Translations under genes and position numbers: made by a program | The notes under the pieces: generated by a model | Told to the model about the DNA's origin: nothing | Seen by the model: only the letters and a program-made list of their open reading frames with translations | Database searches by the model: none | In this document: piece by piece, positions 1 to 12,061 of the stretch | Numbering within the stretch: the stretch's first letter is position 1 | Layout of the letters: the number at the start of each line of letters is the position of its first letter | Source: Macrostomum lignano | Lineage: Eukaryota | NCBI GenBank assembly: GCA_002269645.1 | Contig: NIVC01002120.1 | Location: 103,866 to 167,865, forward strand | DNA length: 64,000 nucleotides | Direction of reading: 5' to 3'

Positions 1-362
1 CAATGAGGCCAGAACCCGATGGCAATCATGAAATCAGGACTGACTGCCAGGCAGGAAAATGGTGTGTGAAGCTCCCAGCTGCATTGGGCATAATTACTCA
101 CATTGTTCATCTGATTGTCTCCGCTGCGGTGACAGCTATAGTACACACTGCCGGCTCCAGGTACTCCAGTGAGCACTGCTCACTCCGCTCGTCGCTAATC
201 CACAATACTACTCAGCCTGTGCCATTCCTCCCTGCAGAATCAACTTCTGCGTATCATGGTTTCATTGTTAAACAGAGTTATTGTTAACCTGCTAATCTGG
301 GCTGAGAATAGCACTGATGTAATAATCGGGCTGTGACCCATTCAAATTTGTGAATTTATTTT

Positions 363-840
363 ACTGTGACAGCTATGACCAACTCTCATTCACTGTGACA
401 GCTATGACCAACTCCCATTCACTGTGACAGCAATGACCAACCCCCATTCACTGTGACAGCTATGACCAACTCCCATTCACTGTGACAGTTATGACCAACC
501 CCCATTCACTGTGATGACCAACCCCCATTCACTGTGATGACCAACCCCCAATTCACTGACAGCTATGACCAACTCCCATTCACTGTGACAGCTATGACCA
601 ACTCCCATTCACTGTGACAGCTATGACCAACTCCCATTCACTGTGACAGCTATGACCAACTCCCATTCACTGTGACAGCTATGACCAACTCCCATTCACT
701 GTGACAGCTATGACCAACTCCCATTCACTGTGACAGCTATGACCAACTCCCATTCACTGTGACAGCTATGACCAACTCCCCATTCACTGCGACAGCAATG
801 ACCAACCCTAATTCACTGTGACAGCTATGACCAACCTCTC
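363..840. repeat. 29-bp minisatellite
   Basis: TTCACTGTGACAGCTATGACCAACTCCCA in tandem. Confidence 0.9.
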
Positions 841-2124
841 ACTGCTCTAGCCACAATCAAGCCACATGTCAGCAGTCCCTCATCGATCCCGATCTCAGCC
901 TCCCAATCCCAACAGATTTGTCACTCTTTCAGAAAGGCGGCCGCCACAAGAAGTCAGCCGCTTGGAAAATTAGCACAGCCTCATCGCTGCGGCCAGCCTC
1001 CGATGAAGGAAATTGAGCTGGCGGGAAATTTCGCCCGGGCCGAAAACTCGCAGATAAAATCTGTTGGCAGTCTGGAAGTGCTCCATCTGGAGGCTGGAGT
1101 TTCAGTTGCACTTTTCTCCTTCAGATTCGGAGAAGTCATCCGCCGCGATCCCATCTATGGAAGTTGGCCGCCCGCAATCCTGGGATAAATATAGACCCCC
1201 CACCCCGGCTGCCGGTCCCAGCGCCCCAATTATTGTTTTATGCGGGCGAAGTGCACAATTCAGCTGATTGATATATTCGGCCAGGGGTCCGGCGCCACCA
1301 GCCCGCCTGGGAGACCCCCCGCGATGCGGCCTCACCTGCAGGATACTGCGGCACACGGATGGAGCCTGCAGGTTATTAATACGACTTCCGCGGTCCGGGG
1401 GGACGCGCAGGATGCGCAGGAGGCCCCGCTGGGATATCTGGGATCTGGGAATCTGCGCAGCTGGTTGGGGTCGCCGGGAGCGTGCGGGGGTGTATTTAAT
1501 AGATCTGGAGAGGAAGCTGTCACCCCTCCAGCCTTAGTGAAATTGGTTAAGAGACCCTGATTGGGAAAATATGAAACTGTGAAAAAATGAAAAACATTCT
1601 GCAGAATCGGTTTCGGAAGTCAGCTGTGATGAGATGTGAGCTGTTGAATCCAAGGACTCCTTGGCCGGGTCAGCCGGGTGAGGCAGGGAGTCCCAGACCG
1701 CCGCACTCCAAGGTGTGTCTTGATGGGAACAGAATCGCTTATGGGAAAATAATCCCCACAGTTAAAATTGATCAAGAGTGAGTCACACCAAGAAAAATGG
1801 ACAAATTTCGAGTCTGGGGTTCGAGTCAGTTCAGCACGAGGGCGGGCGGCCAGGTGCGGGCGGAATGACAAAATGCATCACCGCTATTTTTAGCTGGGAC
1901 TCCACAGGTGTTTCGAATTCGAGATGAAAGCTGAGTTCGAAGGCCCAGCCCGAGCCGCTCTAATGGGGGGGGGCACAAAACTCTGCGGATGACCCGGGTT
2001 CCTAATAACGGCTGGGCCGCCCCCGCCCTCATCAGGTGGCCGGTTGCGTCACCACTGATGGACAGGTGGGCCGGCCTGAAATCACCGTGCGACCCATGCG
2101 CTATCTCTGGTCTGCATCTCCGCT

Positions 2125-2440
2125 TCTGTCCTCTCTCCCTCTCCTCTCTCCCTCTCCTCTCTCCCTCTCCTCTCTCCCTCTCCTCTCTCCCTCTCCTCTC
2201 TCCCTCTCCTCTCTCCCTCTCCTCTCTCTCTCTCCCTCTCTCCCTCATCCGTCTCCCTCTTCTCTTTCCCTCATCTCACTCCCTCCCTCATCTCCCTTCC
2301 TCATCTCCCTCTCTCATCTCCCTCTCTCATCTCCCTCTCTCATCTCCCTCCCTCATCTCTCTCTCCCTCATCTCTCTCCCTCATCTCTCTCCCTCATCTC
2401 TCTCCCTCATCTCTCTCCCTCATCTCTCTCTCTCTCATCT
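2125..2440. repeat. CT-rich simple repeat
   Basis: CTCTCCCTCTCCT / CTCTCCCTCAT units. Confidence 0.85.
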
Positions 2441-3419
2441 TTCCTGCTCTCTGCTGCCTCAATTTCCCAAATCCAACTTTCTCCATTTCCCTTCTCCCCC
2501 CTCTCGCAGCCTCTCCCAGCCGCCCAGCCTCATCCTGAACTACAGCTAAAACTGTCCGGATAAAAAACCATTGAAGTCACTTTCCTACATCGCAGGCAAT
2601 TCAGCCATCCTGAACCAGTTTTGGACAATGGCTTTAGAAAGCAGTGAGTAGTGAGTGGGCAGGGGGTTGCACTCTGCCATGCACATTGCGCTTGGGTTCA
2701 CACCACACATGCCCGCCCCAGCCCGGAGTGCACGTCCCACATTATAAAGTGCAGCCAAACATGATGGAGAGAGAATTTTATGCCACTTTTCACAGAGGAT
2801 TAAACTCAGATAAAAAGCCCATCCAACAGGCACTTTTAAACCCCCCGGGCGAAGGCAGCTCGCGTCGAAAGTCAATTTAAGGCACTTGAGAGCCGGGAAA
2901 GTGGCGACTATTTGCCGGCCCAAAGGACGCTGCGAGCAGCAGCTGGATGAAGACTGAGGATGGAGACAGCTGGCAGCTGACCCAGACTCTGCCGCTGAGC
3001 ACTGATTGAGCTCAGCCAGTGTCCTCAGAGCATTCATGTGTTCAACACTTCCTCTGCAGCGCTTCAAGCGGGAGGTGGGGCGCACGATTGAGGAAGTGAA
3101 ATGCTGCTGCTTCTTCTCTGGAGACACTGCAGCTGCTGACCTGAATTGCAGACTGCACTTTGCCGGCCGCTAAAACTATGTACTTTGTGTATAGAAGTTC
3201 AGCGCCTCTGGAATGGGAAGACGTGAATCACCAGCCCAGCCTCACTGGATGAGGCAGCTAAATCATAATTTGTTAATAGTTAATAAAAGCATCGAGGTGC
3301 ACTTGAAAAATAAATCGAGAATCAAAGTAGAAATCCTGGCGCGTGATACTACTGAAAGTAAACGAAAAAAGCAAAGTGGAAATTTTTCTTCAAATCTCAT
3401 ACCTTGAATATGAAGTCTT

Positions 3420-3878
3420 ACAAGCCCCGCACCGTGAACCGACAAGCCCTACACCGTGAACCAACAAGCCCCACACCGTGAACCAGCAAGCCCCACACCG
3501 TGAACCAGAAAGCCCCACACCGTGAACCAGAAAGCCCCACACCGTGAACCAGCAAGCCCCACACCGTGAACCAGCAAGCCCCACACCGTGAACCAGAAAG
3601 CCCCACACCGTGAACCAGCAAGCCCCACACCGTAAACCGACAAGCCCCACACCGTGAACCAGCAAGCCCCACACCGTGAACTGACAAGCCCCACACCGTG
3701 AACCAACAAGCCCCACACCGTGAACCAGAAAGCCCCACACCGTGAACCAGCAAGCCCCACACCGTGAACCAACAAGCCCCACACCGTGAACCAGAAAGCC
3801 CCACACCGTGAACCAGCAAGCCCCACACCGTGAACCAGCAAGCCCCACACCGTGAACAGGCAAGCGCCACACCGAGCC
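3420..3878. repeat. 22-bp minisatellite overlapping the exon 12 donor
   Basis: GCCCCACACCGTGAACCAGCAA, about 20 copies. Confidence 0.92.
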
Positions 3879-5737
3879 GCCTCACCGATGTCGCAGTCAA
3901 CCGCCCGCACCCGACCGACCGCGGTGCCGCCGGGCGCGTCCTCCGGCAACGGCGGCAGCCATCCAGCAGCGGAGCCGCCAGCAGCGGAAAACTTCGGCGT
4001 GCAGTCGTTCGCATCGCCGACGCGCAGCCGAACGCGCAGCCGGAACCCGGCTGACTCGACGCCGGCGAGCTCGTCCACGGCGACAACTTCCAGCTCGAAG
4101 CGGTGCAGGTCGCGCAGCTCGCGGTCCAGCGGTCCCACCAGAGTCAGCAGCCCGCTGGAGGCGCCGACGGCTACTGGCGCTTCGTTCGCTCCGCCAGCCA
4201 GCGAGTAGCGAAGGCGCTGCTGCCGCTCCCGTCTGCTGGCCGCGGCAACTTCAGCGAAGGCGGATGCCTTGAATAGCTCAGTGCCAACAGTAGCCGCCTC
4301 CGAGATGTTCAGCCGAATCGCCTGCCGATGGCACCTTGGCGGCGGCAGCGGCGGCTGCTGCTGTCTCCGCCGAGTGTCCCGCTGCACTACCAGCAGGTGC
4401 ACCAGCGGCTGCTCCGTGGCCAGGCCGCTGCCCCAAGCGCCACCCACGCTTCCACCGTCGATGGCTTCAATGCGGAGGCGGAAGGCACCCGGGCGGAGCG
4501 GCCCGACCACCAGCAGGCGACCGGCAGGGTCGATGTCGATGCCCGCCGGCCGCTGGTTCAGCAGGCGCCAGCGGACGATGCCGGGCGGCTCCTCGTCGCC
4601 GTTGGGGGCGTCGCGCAGAACTCGAAACTCGGCCAACACCGCGCCTGGCCGGACGGAGTCGCGGACGACTGTCCGGCGGGGAGCGTTCGGCGGCCAACGC
4701 GGCGGCTGGTCGTTGACATTCAGCACCGACACAGTCAGGTTGGCGCGACCGGACGCGTTGCCACCGTCAGGCAGCTCCACCACGGCGACGACTTGGAGAC
4801 TGGCGAAGGTCTCGCGGTCCAGCGGGACGGAGCCGACGGACAGTAGGCCGGAGTCCGGGCGCAGGCTGAGGTGCCGTAGCTGCCAGCGCTGCGCCTCCGC
4901 GCCCGCCTCCAGTCGGTAGCGCAGCCGGCCGGGGGCAGCCGCGCCGGGCGCCGCCCGGAGTTTAAGCAGTGGCCGGCCGGGCGGCTCGTCCTCGCGCACG
5001 GCCAGCGAATAGGCGGCCGCCTCGAACGCTGGCGGCGGGGGCGGCGCTGGCGGCGGTGCGACGCGGAACTGCCGGCTGACGCGGACCTGCGGCCGGCTGG
5101 CCAGGAAGAAGACGGTCTGGACGGAGGAGGCGCCCGCGGCGGTCGAGCGCCGCTGTCTCCGACGCTGGGCGGGCAGGCGCAGGCGGATGTCGCCAGCCTC
5201 GAGGACATCGACCTGGAGGAGCCCCGGCGGCCGAGTAGCGATAGTGAGACCGTCGGTCTCCGTGGAGCTCAGGCGGCGGCCGTGTCGGCGGACGCGGCAG
5301 ACCAGGGCGGCCGGCTGCCGGAGGCTTCGAGCTGCGCCATCGGTGGCGCCATCGCCGTCGCAGGCCACTGCCAGCTCGGGGACGCCGCCGACGCCAGCGA
5401 AGGTGACATTGAGCTGGAACACCGAGGCCGAAGCCGGGTGTGGTGGCTCCCGGTCGATGGCGCGGAATCGCAGGCGCGCGGACCCGGCCCAGGCGCCATC
5501 GGTGGACACGAAGACGCGGCCGGAGTCGCCATCCAGGCGGAGGCGGGGATCCGCGGCGCCAGCCAGCAGCTCAAACCTGGCGGGTGCGGCCGCGGCCAGC
5601 TGCGGCTTGTCCGCGTCGCTGGCCGTCAGGCGGTAGACGAAAGCGCCGGCGGGCGAGTCGGTTGCCATGACAACGCTGGCGCCGGGGAAGTCGAACTCGG
5701 GCGAATTGTCGTTTTCATCGTCTATGGACAAAACCAC
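3873..5737 (-). CDS. FAT: Fat-like cadherin exon 12 (gene continues beyond the window start)
   Basis: ctccccag|GTG GTT; DDENDNSPEF, LDRE, NVNDQPPRW, DANDCTPKF and AVDCDIGE motifs; donor CG|GTGTGG (phase 2). No further cadherin exon and no transmembrane segment was found in 1-3870. Confidence 0.88.
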
Positions 5738-5777
5738 CTGGGGAGCCGAAATGAGCAGGTGATTTTCTGATGAACCA

Positions 5778-6440
5778 GAATGGATTGCTAGTCTAGCCAA
5801 CACAATGGATTGCTAGTCTAGCCAACACAATGGATTGCTAGTCTAGCCAACACAATGGATTGCTAGCCTAGCCAACACAATGGATTGCTAGCCTAGCCAA
5901 CACAATGGATTGCTAGCCTAGCCAACACAATGGATTGCTAGCCTAGCCAACACAATGGATTGCTAGCCTAGCCAACACAATGGATTGCTAGCCTAGCCAA
6001 CACAATGGATTGCTAGCCTATCCAACACAATGGATTGCTAGTCTAGCCAACACAATGGATTGCTAGCCTAGCCAACACAATGGATTGCTAGCCTAGCCAA
6101 CACAATGGATTGCTAGCCTATCCAACACAATGGATTGCTAGTCTAGCCAACACAATGGATTGCTAGCCTAGCCAACACAATGGATTGCTAGCCTAGCCAA
6201 CACAATGGATTGCTAGCCTAGCCAACACAATGGATTGCTAGCCTAGCCAACACAATGGATTGCTAGCCTATCCAACACAATGGATTGCTAGTCTAGCCAA
6301 CACAATGGATTGCTAGCCTAGCCAACACAATGGATTGCTAGCCTAGCCAACACAATGGATTGCTAGCCTAGCCAACACAATGGATTGCTAACACAATGGA
6401 TTGCTAGCCTAGCCAACACAACGGATTGCTAGTCTAGCCA
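5778..6440. repeat. 25-bp minisatellite filling intron 11
   Basis: ACACAATGGATTGCTAGCCTAGCCA, about 26 copies. Confidence 0.93.
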
Positions 6441-6469
6441 TACTGATTTTGACCCAGTTGCCCCCTCAC

Positions 6470-7102
6470 CTGGCACACGTCTCTCCTGCCCTCTGCATCA
6501 GCCACCTCCAGCTGAAAGTCCAGCAGCCGGAGGCGCTCTCTGTCCAGCGGTGTCTTCAGCCATCCAACAACGCTGACGCCGTCCTCGACGATCTCAGTCG
6601 CCACCATCGCCGAAGCTGCGTCGCCGAAAATCCGCGACGAAACGACGCCGCCTCCGGAGGCCCGGCGGAAGTCCAGGCTGAAAGCTGCCGACCCGGCCGG
6701 GGCTGCCTCGCTCAGCCGGCCGTGCAGCAGCCGCTGCGGGCAGCGCGGGCCGCGGGCGGCGCCGGCGCCGAGCAGCCGCACCCGCAGCAGCGCACGGCCC
6801 GCCAGCGCCCCGTCTGTGGCCAGCAGCCCCGCGACGACTTCAATGGTGGCATTCGCGGCCGAGTGCGGCCCCGGCCAGTAGGTGACCTCCCCGCTGCTTG
6901 AGTCGATCCTGAGCAGGCTGGATTTCGAGCTCGGCTCCAGCGCGTACAGCAGCGCCGAATCAGCGTCGCCCTCGTCATCGTCGGCGTCGACCGCACGGAC
7001 CGCGGCAACGAAGGAGCCCGGAGCCGAGCTGGCGGGCAGCGCGGCCTCGAACTCGGGACGGATGAACACCGGTGGGTTGTCGTTGAAATTCAGGATTCGA
7101 AT
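6470..7102 (-). CDS. FAT: Fat-like cadherin exon 11
   Basis: aacccag|ATT CGA; LNFNDNPPVF, AVDADD and LDRE motifs; donor CAG|GTGAGG; 633 nt, phase 0-0. Confidence 0.92.
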
Positions 7103-7122
7103 CTGGGTTGGGTTGGGGATCA

Positions 7123-7307
7123 AGGAGATGGAATTTCAGACTGGAGATCAGGGAGATGAGATTTCAGACTGGAGATCAGGGAGATGGAATTTCAGACTGG
7201 AGATCAGGGAGATGGATTTCAGACTGGGGATCAGGGAGATGAGATTTCAGACTGGGGATCAGGGAGATGAGATTTCAGACTGGGGATCAGGGAGATGAGA
7301 GTTCAGA
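7123..7307. repeat. 28-bp minisatellite
   Basis: ATCAGGGAGATGAGATTTCAGACTGGRG, about 6 copies. Confidence 0.85.
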
Positions 7308-7358
7308 TTAATGAACGAGTCCGAGGGCTCAGCAGGGTCAGCCGAGGTCACGACTCAC

Positions 7359-7661
7359 CGTCAGCGGCGCTGAGGCGGTCAGCCGGGGCTCGCCGCTGTC
7401 GATGGCGGTCAGCCAGCCGCGGTGCTCGGTGACGGTCTCGAAGTCCAGCGCGGCCCGCAGCCAGATCTGCCCGCTGTCCGGTCGCACCTCGAAGCTGGCG
7501 TTCGCGGGCCCCTCCAGCCCGTAGGTCACGCGGCCGCCTGCGCCAGAGTCTGCGTCCTTGGCAACCGCCGTTGCTAGGGGCCGGGCGCCGGGCTGCTCGG
7601 ACTCGCAGACCTCGAGCTGGTAGCTGGGCAGCTCGAACTCCGGGGCTTCGTCGTTAACATC
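7359..7661 (-). CDS. FAT: Fat-like cadherin exon 10
   Basis: cctcag|GAT GTT AAC GAC (DVNDEAPEF...AKDADSG...LDFE...IDSGEP); donor ACG|GTGAGT; 303 nt, phase 0-0. Confidence 0.92.
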
Positions 7662-7804
7662 CTGAGGATCGGAGTTGGGTGTACAGAATTATACCGAGGA
7701 CGTTTTGAAGGTGACCAGGCTTGAGCAGTAGCGCCTCCGACTCTCGCGAAAAATTTCCAATTCTCAAGACACAGGGAGTGTACGACATGCCTGATGAGGA
7801 GAAA

Positions 7805-8168
7805 GTCAGGGCCACTGTACACCCTGTGTGAGCTGTGTGCTCAGGGACCGCTATACACCCTGTGTGAGCTGTGTGCTCAGGGACCGCTGTACACCCTGTG
7901 TGAGCTGTGTGCTCAGGGACCGCTGTACACCCTGTGTGAGCTGTGTGCTCAGGGACCGCTGTACACCCTGTGTGAGCTGTGTGCTCAGGGACCGCTGTAC
8001 ACCTTGTGTGAGCTGTGTGCTCAGGGACCGCTGTACACCCTGTGTGAGCTGTGTGCTCAGGGACCGCTGTACACCCTGTGTGAGCTGTGTGCTCAGGGAC
8101 CGCTGTACACCCTGTGTGAGCTGTGTGCTCAGGGACCGCTGTACACCCTGTGTGAGCTGCGCTCAGGA
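7805..8168. repeat. 36-bp minisatellite
   Basis: CTCAGGGACCGCTGTACACCCTGTGTGAGCTGTGTG, about 10 copies. Confidence 0.92.
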
Positions 8169-8308
8169 CAGCGCGTGGACATCCCTGCTTTCCTCCCAGC
8201 TGGTCCAGGCAACACTCACATTTTCTAATCAGAAAAATCTGCTAATATTCTCAGCATGCCTACTCGCGCGAGTAGTCAAACGCGGGCAGGATTAAATCGG
8301 ATTCTCAC

Positions 8309-8430
8309 CAACACGCCGATGAGGAGGCGCATGCGGCCGCTTAATCCGGTGGCCGAGTCCGTGGCCGCGATTAGCAGCTCGTGCTGTCCGGCCGACTCAA
8401 AGTCCAGCCGACCGGCTGTCCGAACCGAGC
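8309..8430 (-). CDS. FAT: Fat-like cadherin exon 9
   Basis: tttgcag|GC TCG GTT joins exon 8 as DFGL-GSVRTAGRLDFE; donor TTG|GTGAGA; 122 nt. Confidence 0.87.
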
Positions 8431-9079
8431 CTGCAAATATTTTTATTTGCGAGAATATTTTCTTACTACTGCTAGTAGCCAACTGAAGTACAAGCTCTAA
8501 TTGAAAACTGCTAAAACTTTCGGTATATCGAGCTCGAATTTGAAGGCTGACTTATCAAATTAATTGCTACCGGGAGAAGGAAATCGAAACAGAAATTGGA
8601 GCTGAAAGCAACTATGATGGAGAGGAGCTGCTGCCGGGTTCTCCAAGTGCCCGCTCGCGAGTAGTGGGGAAGCGGAGAGGGGGTGGGTTGGAGAGGCTCG
8701 GACCAGCTGGCAACACGTAGGCTCCCCGGTGTTGGTTTACAGCCTCCCGCCCTCCGCCATCACTGCCCCCAGCCGGTATTTGCCGAGCCGCCGGGTGAAA
8801 TCAGGTCGGACAGGGCGAGGCAGGGGGGGGGGCGCTCGACCCCGGGGTCGTGTTGGAGAGCGGCTCCAAGAGATTTCCTCAACGAGCCTAGAGTCGCGCG
8901 CACAAATAGCTGCTCCAAGCGCTCAGAGTGAGCGGTTTCCTTGCACTTCCCTGTGCAGTTGGAATCGCAAATTAGGGAGGTGCAACACGGACCTTGCCCG
9001 AATATGCGATGACTCACGCGGCTTGTAGATGCATCTCTAGACTTGATTGTTATGAAGCAAACATGAAATTCCAAAGCCC

Positions 9080-9450
9080 ATAGACAGCTTGGGTCATAGA
9101 CAGCTTGGGTCACAGACAGCTTGGGTCATAGACAGCTTGGGTCACAGACAGCTTGGATCATAGACAGCTTGGATCATAGACAGCTTGGGTCATAGACAGC
9201 TTGGATCATAGACAGCTTGGATCATAGACAGCTTGGATCATAGACAGCTTGGGTCACAGACAGCTTGGATCATAGACAGCTTGGATCATAGACAGCTTGG
9301 ATCATAGACAGCTTGGGTCATAGACAGCTTGGGTCACAGACAGCTTGGGTCACAGACAGCTTGGGTCATAGACAGTTTGGGTCCCAGACAGCTTGGGTCA
9401 CAGACAGTTTGGGTCACAGACAGCTTGAGTCATAGATAGCTTGGGTCATA
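9080..9450. repeat. 16-bp minisatellite
   Basis: CATAGACAGCTTGGRT in tandem. Confidence 0.9.
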
Positions 9451-10040
9451 AACAGTGTCATAAACAATGTAGTCATAGACAGTTCAGGCCATGAATTTTC
9501 ATTCCCAGAGCCATGAGTCCTTAACCCAATCCTGCCTTATACTCGAATTTTCAAGATCCAAGGACCCAAAGCCCTGCAGCTCAGCTGTGAAAGCAAGAAA
9601 AGTTCGTACCAAGAATCCCGGACACCTGTTGAACTTCTGCCAATCGGCTAGGGAGGGGGTGTTGACTTGAAAACAATCCCGCCGGGAAATGATGCTTCCA
9701 GTATTCGAGCCTCATCACTTCCAGGATTCTGGCGCTGGGATTTTTATCCTCAAAAGTTCCGCTCGTCCACCTTCGCCTGTAATTATCCGGGAGGAGGGAG
9801 TTCCTCTGCCTTCGAGTTCGGCCCAGCTTTTCGGCTCTGCTTTCTCTGCCTCCCCGCCGCCCTGTCAGCCAGCCGGCTGATCCGCTGCAGGCTTCATCTG
9901 GAATTCCCGCTCGGCTTTCGTTTCTCCTGCCGCAGTTCATCCGGTGTTGACTTGAATGACAGGGGAGTCGGCCTGACTGGGGAGCCGCGGCTGCCGGCTG
10001 CCGGAGGACTGGCGAATGCACTGAGAGAGTAGAACTGCTG

Positions 10041-10060
10041 GCAGACAGACAGACAGACAC

Positions 10061-10139
<79 letters not shown>

Positions 10140-10190
10140 CACAGACAGACAGACAGACAGACAGACACTAAGGCAGACACTAAGGCAGAC
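10041..10190. repeat. (GACA)n microsatellite
   Basis: Tandem CAGA. Confidence 0.92.
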
Positions 10191-11271
10191 AGCAAACTCT
10201 AATTCAAGCGATTCAATTCAATTAGGGCCGCGGACCGCAGGCGCGGCGGGGGAGCGGGGGACGGCAGCGCACATCAAGTGGATTGGCGCAGTGGCAAGTG
10301 GAGGAGACGGAGGCTGGAAGGGTTGATGACGTAGCGGGAAAAGGGCGACCGGGCGGAACCGGATAAAAATAAAGAGATAAAATCGGGCGGAGGCTGATAA
10401 GCCGGAATTCGGACCTGCCCGGCCAGCCCAATCGAATTTCGGCCGGGCGGCCCTCCAAATCAATGGGGGAGGGCGAGCCGCCTCGCACTGAGTCGCGTTG
10501 CAAACACAATTTTTCCGCTTCAGCAGCCGTGCCCTCCGGCTCTAAGTCCCTCTTCCTATCCGAGAAAGTGCGCCTGCACCGCCGCAGCCTCTGATCCCCG
10601 TCTGAGGTCTGAGTCCCCCCTGGCTGACTGACACTTTCACCTCAGCCCAGCGCCCCCCTCCCCCGGAAGCAGCGCCATTGAAATCGCTCAAATCATTCAA
10701 ATCGCTCAGCGGGCTAAAAAGGCCAGCAAAGTCCGACCCTGGCCAGACTTTTCCAATCTTAGACTTTACGACCTGGAGAACTGCGTCTATTTTTAGAAAC
10801 AGTAGATGGGGGAAAACTGCTGGGATTGCCGGGAAGCCGGATTTCCCTTCGGGCTCTCTCAGCCAATCGGAGAGCTCTCGCCTCTCGGAACTGAGCGCTC
10901 CAGAGCGATTTGAAACATCCGCCAGGCGGGGGAGGCGGCATTGAAAATGATTTCCTGCAAAGCGCGCGGCTGAATAGGCTGAAAAGGAGAGGCCGGCCCG
11001 GCGAGACACCGAGGGAGACCTGGGGCTGACCGCGTCAGTCAGGCCCACAGTCCGGCTTCAGATGGAATGCTTGACATTTTTCAACCAGGAATTTGGGAGA
11101 GCAAAAATGTTCCTAGCAGCCCGTGCGGCCTCTGCGGCTTGAGGCAACTTCTTTGACTGCAAGGTGCGAACTGGCCAACTGGCTGGTGACAATGGGCAAT
11201 CAGCTGACTGCTTGCGATTACCGTCACCCTTTCCTACTTACCTCAGGGTATCGTAGCTCTCCGTTGCCACT

Positions 11272-11790
11272 GTCTCCTCTCCCTCTGCCTCTCCCTCTGC
11301 CTCTCCCTCTGCCTCTCCCTCTGCCTCTCCCTCTGCCTCTCCCTCTGCCTCTCCCTCTGCCTCTCCCTCTGCCTCTCCCTCTGCCTCTCCCTCTGCCTCT
11401 CCCTCTGCCTCTCCCTCTGCCTCTCCCTCTGCCTCTCCCTCTGCCTCTCCCTCTGCCTCTCCCTCTGCCTCACCCTCTGGTTCTCCCTCTGCCTCACCCT
11501 CTGCCTCACCCTCTGGTTCTCCCTCTGACTCTCCCTCTGACTCTCCTCGCTCTGCCTCTCCCTCTGACTCTCCTCGCTCTGCCTCTCCCTCTCTGCCTCT
11601 CCCTCTCTGCCTCTCCTTTCTGGCTCTTCCTCTCTGCCTCTCCCTCTCTGCATCTCCCTCTGGCTCTCCCTCTACCTCTCCATCTCTGCATCTCCCTCTC
11701 TGCCTCTCCCTCTCTGCTACTCCCTCTCCGCATCTACCCCTCTATCTCTCCTTGTCTGCTTCTCTTTCTCTCGCCCTCCCTCTCCCTATA
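11272..11790. repeat. 12-bp CT-rich repeat
   Basis: CTCTCCCTCTGC in tandem, decaying to the right. Confidence 0.9.
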
Positions 11791-12061
11791 GCACAGGCAA
11801 TTACATAAAGCGGACAAGACTACATGGCAACGGGAGCAAAACTGGGAGCAGCGACTACATGGAGCGGACAAAATTACATGGTGATAAAAATTGAAAATTT
11901 AATATTCAGTCGATAGATCACGGCTAGAAAAAAATTATAAAATATTTTTTAAGAAAAATTATCTAAAATTAATCTTATAAATGAACTTTTTGCATTGTTT
12001 GTAGTACTACTTTTTATAGAACAGGCCTACTAACATTCTTAGTAGTGAAGACGTACAGAAT

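Noticed and set aside
1-290. Minus-strand Cys-containing stretch (YYSCH...QCSWELHTPFSC) resembling an MRH domain
   Set aside because: The Cys-to-TP spacing differs from MRH as I recall it, and there is an in-frame stop just upstream. It is too short to support.
2585-3140. 180-aa minus-strand ORF with a phase-2-compatible acceptor at 3141 as cadherin exon 13 (truncated secreted isoform)
   Set aside because: It has no cadherin motifs, and phase compatibility is a 1-in-3 chance. The expected continuation (V-x-Y...LDRE) is absent, so the true next exon is probably beyond the window.
3830-5770. Many plus-strand and alternate-frame ORFs over the GC-rich exons (also 34.9-36.4, 49.7-50.9, 52-54.2 and 57-58.9 kb)
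   Set aside because: These are shadow ORFs caused by very high GC content and few stop codons in the real exons.
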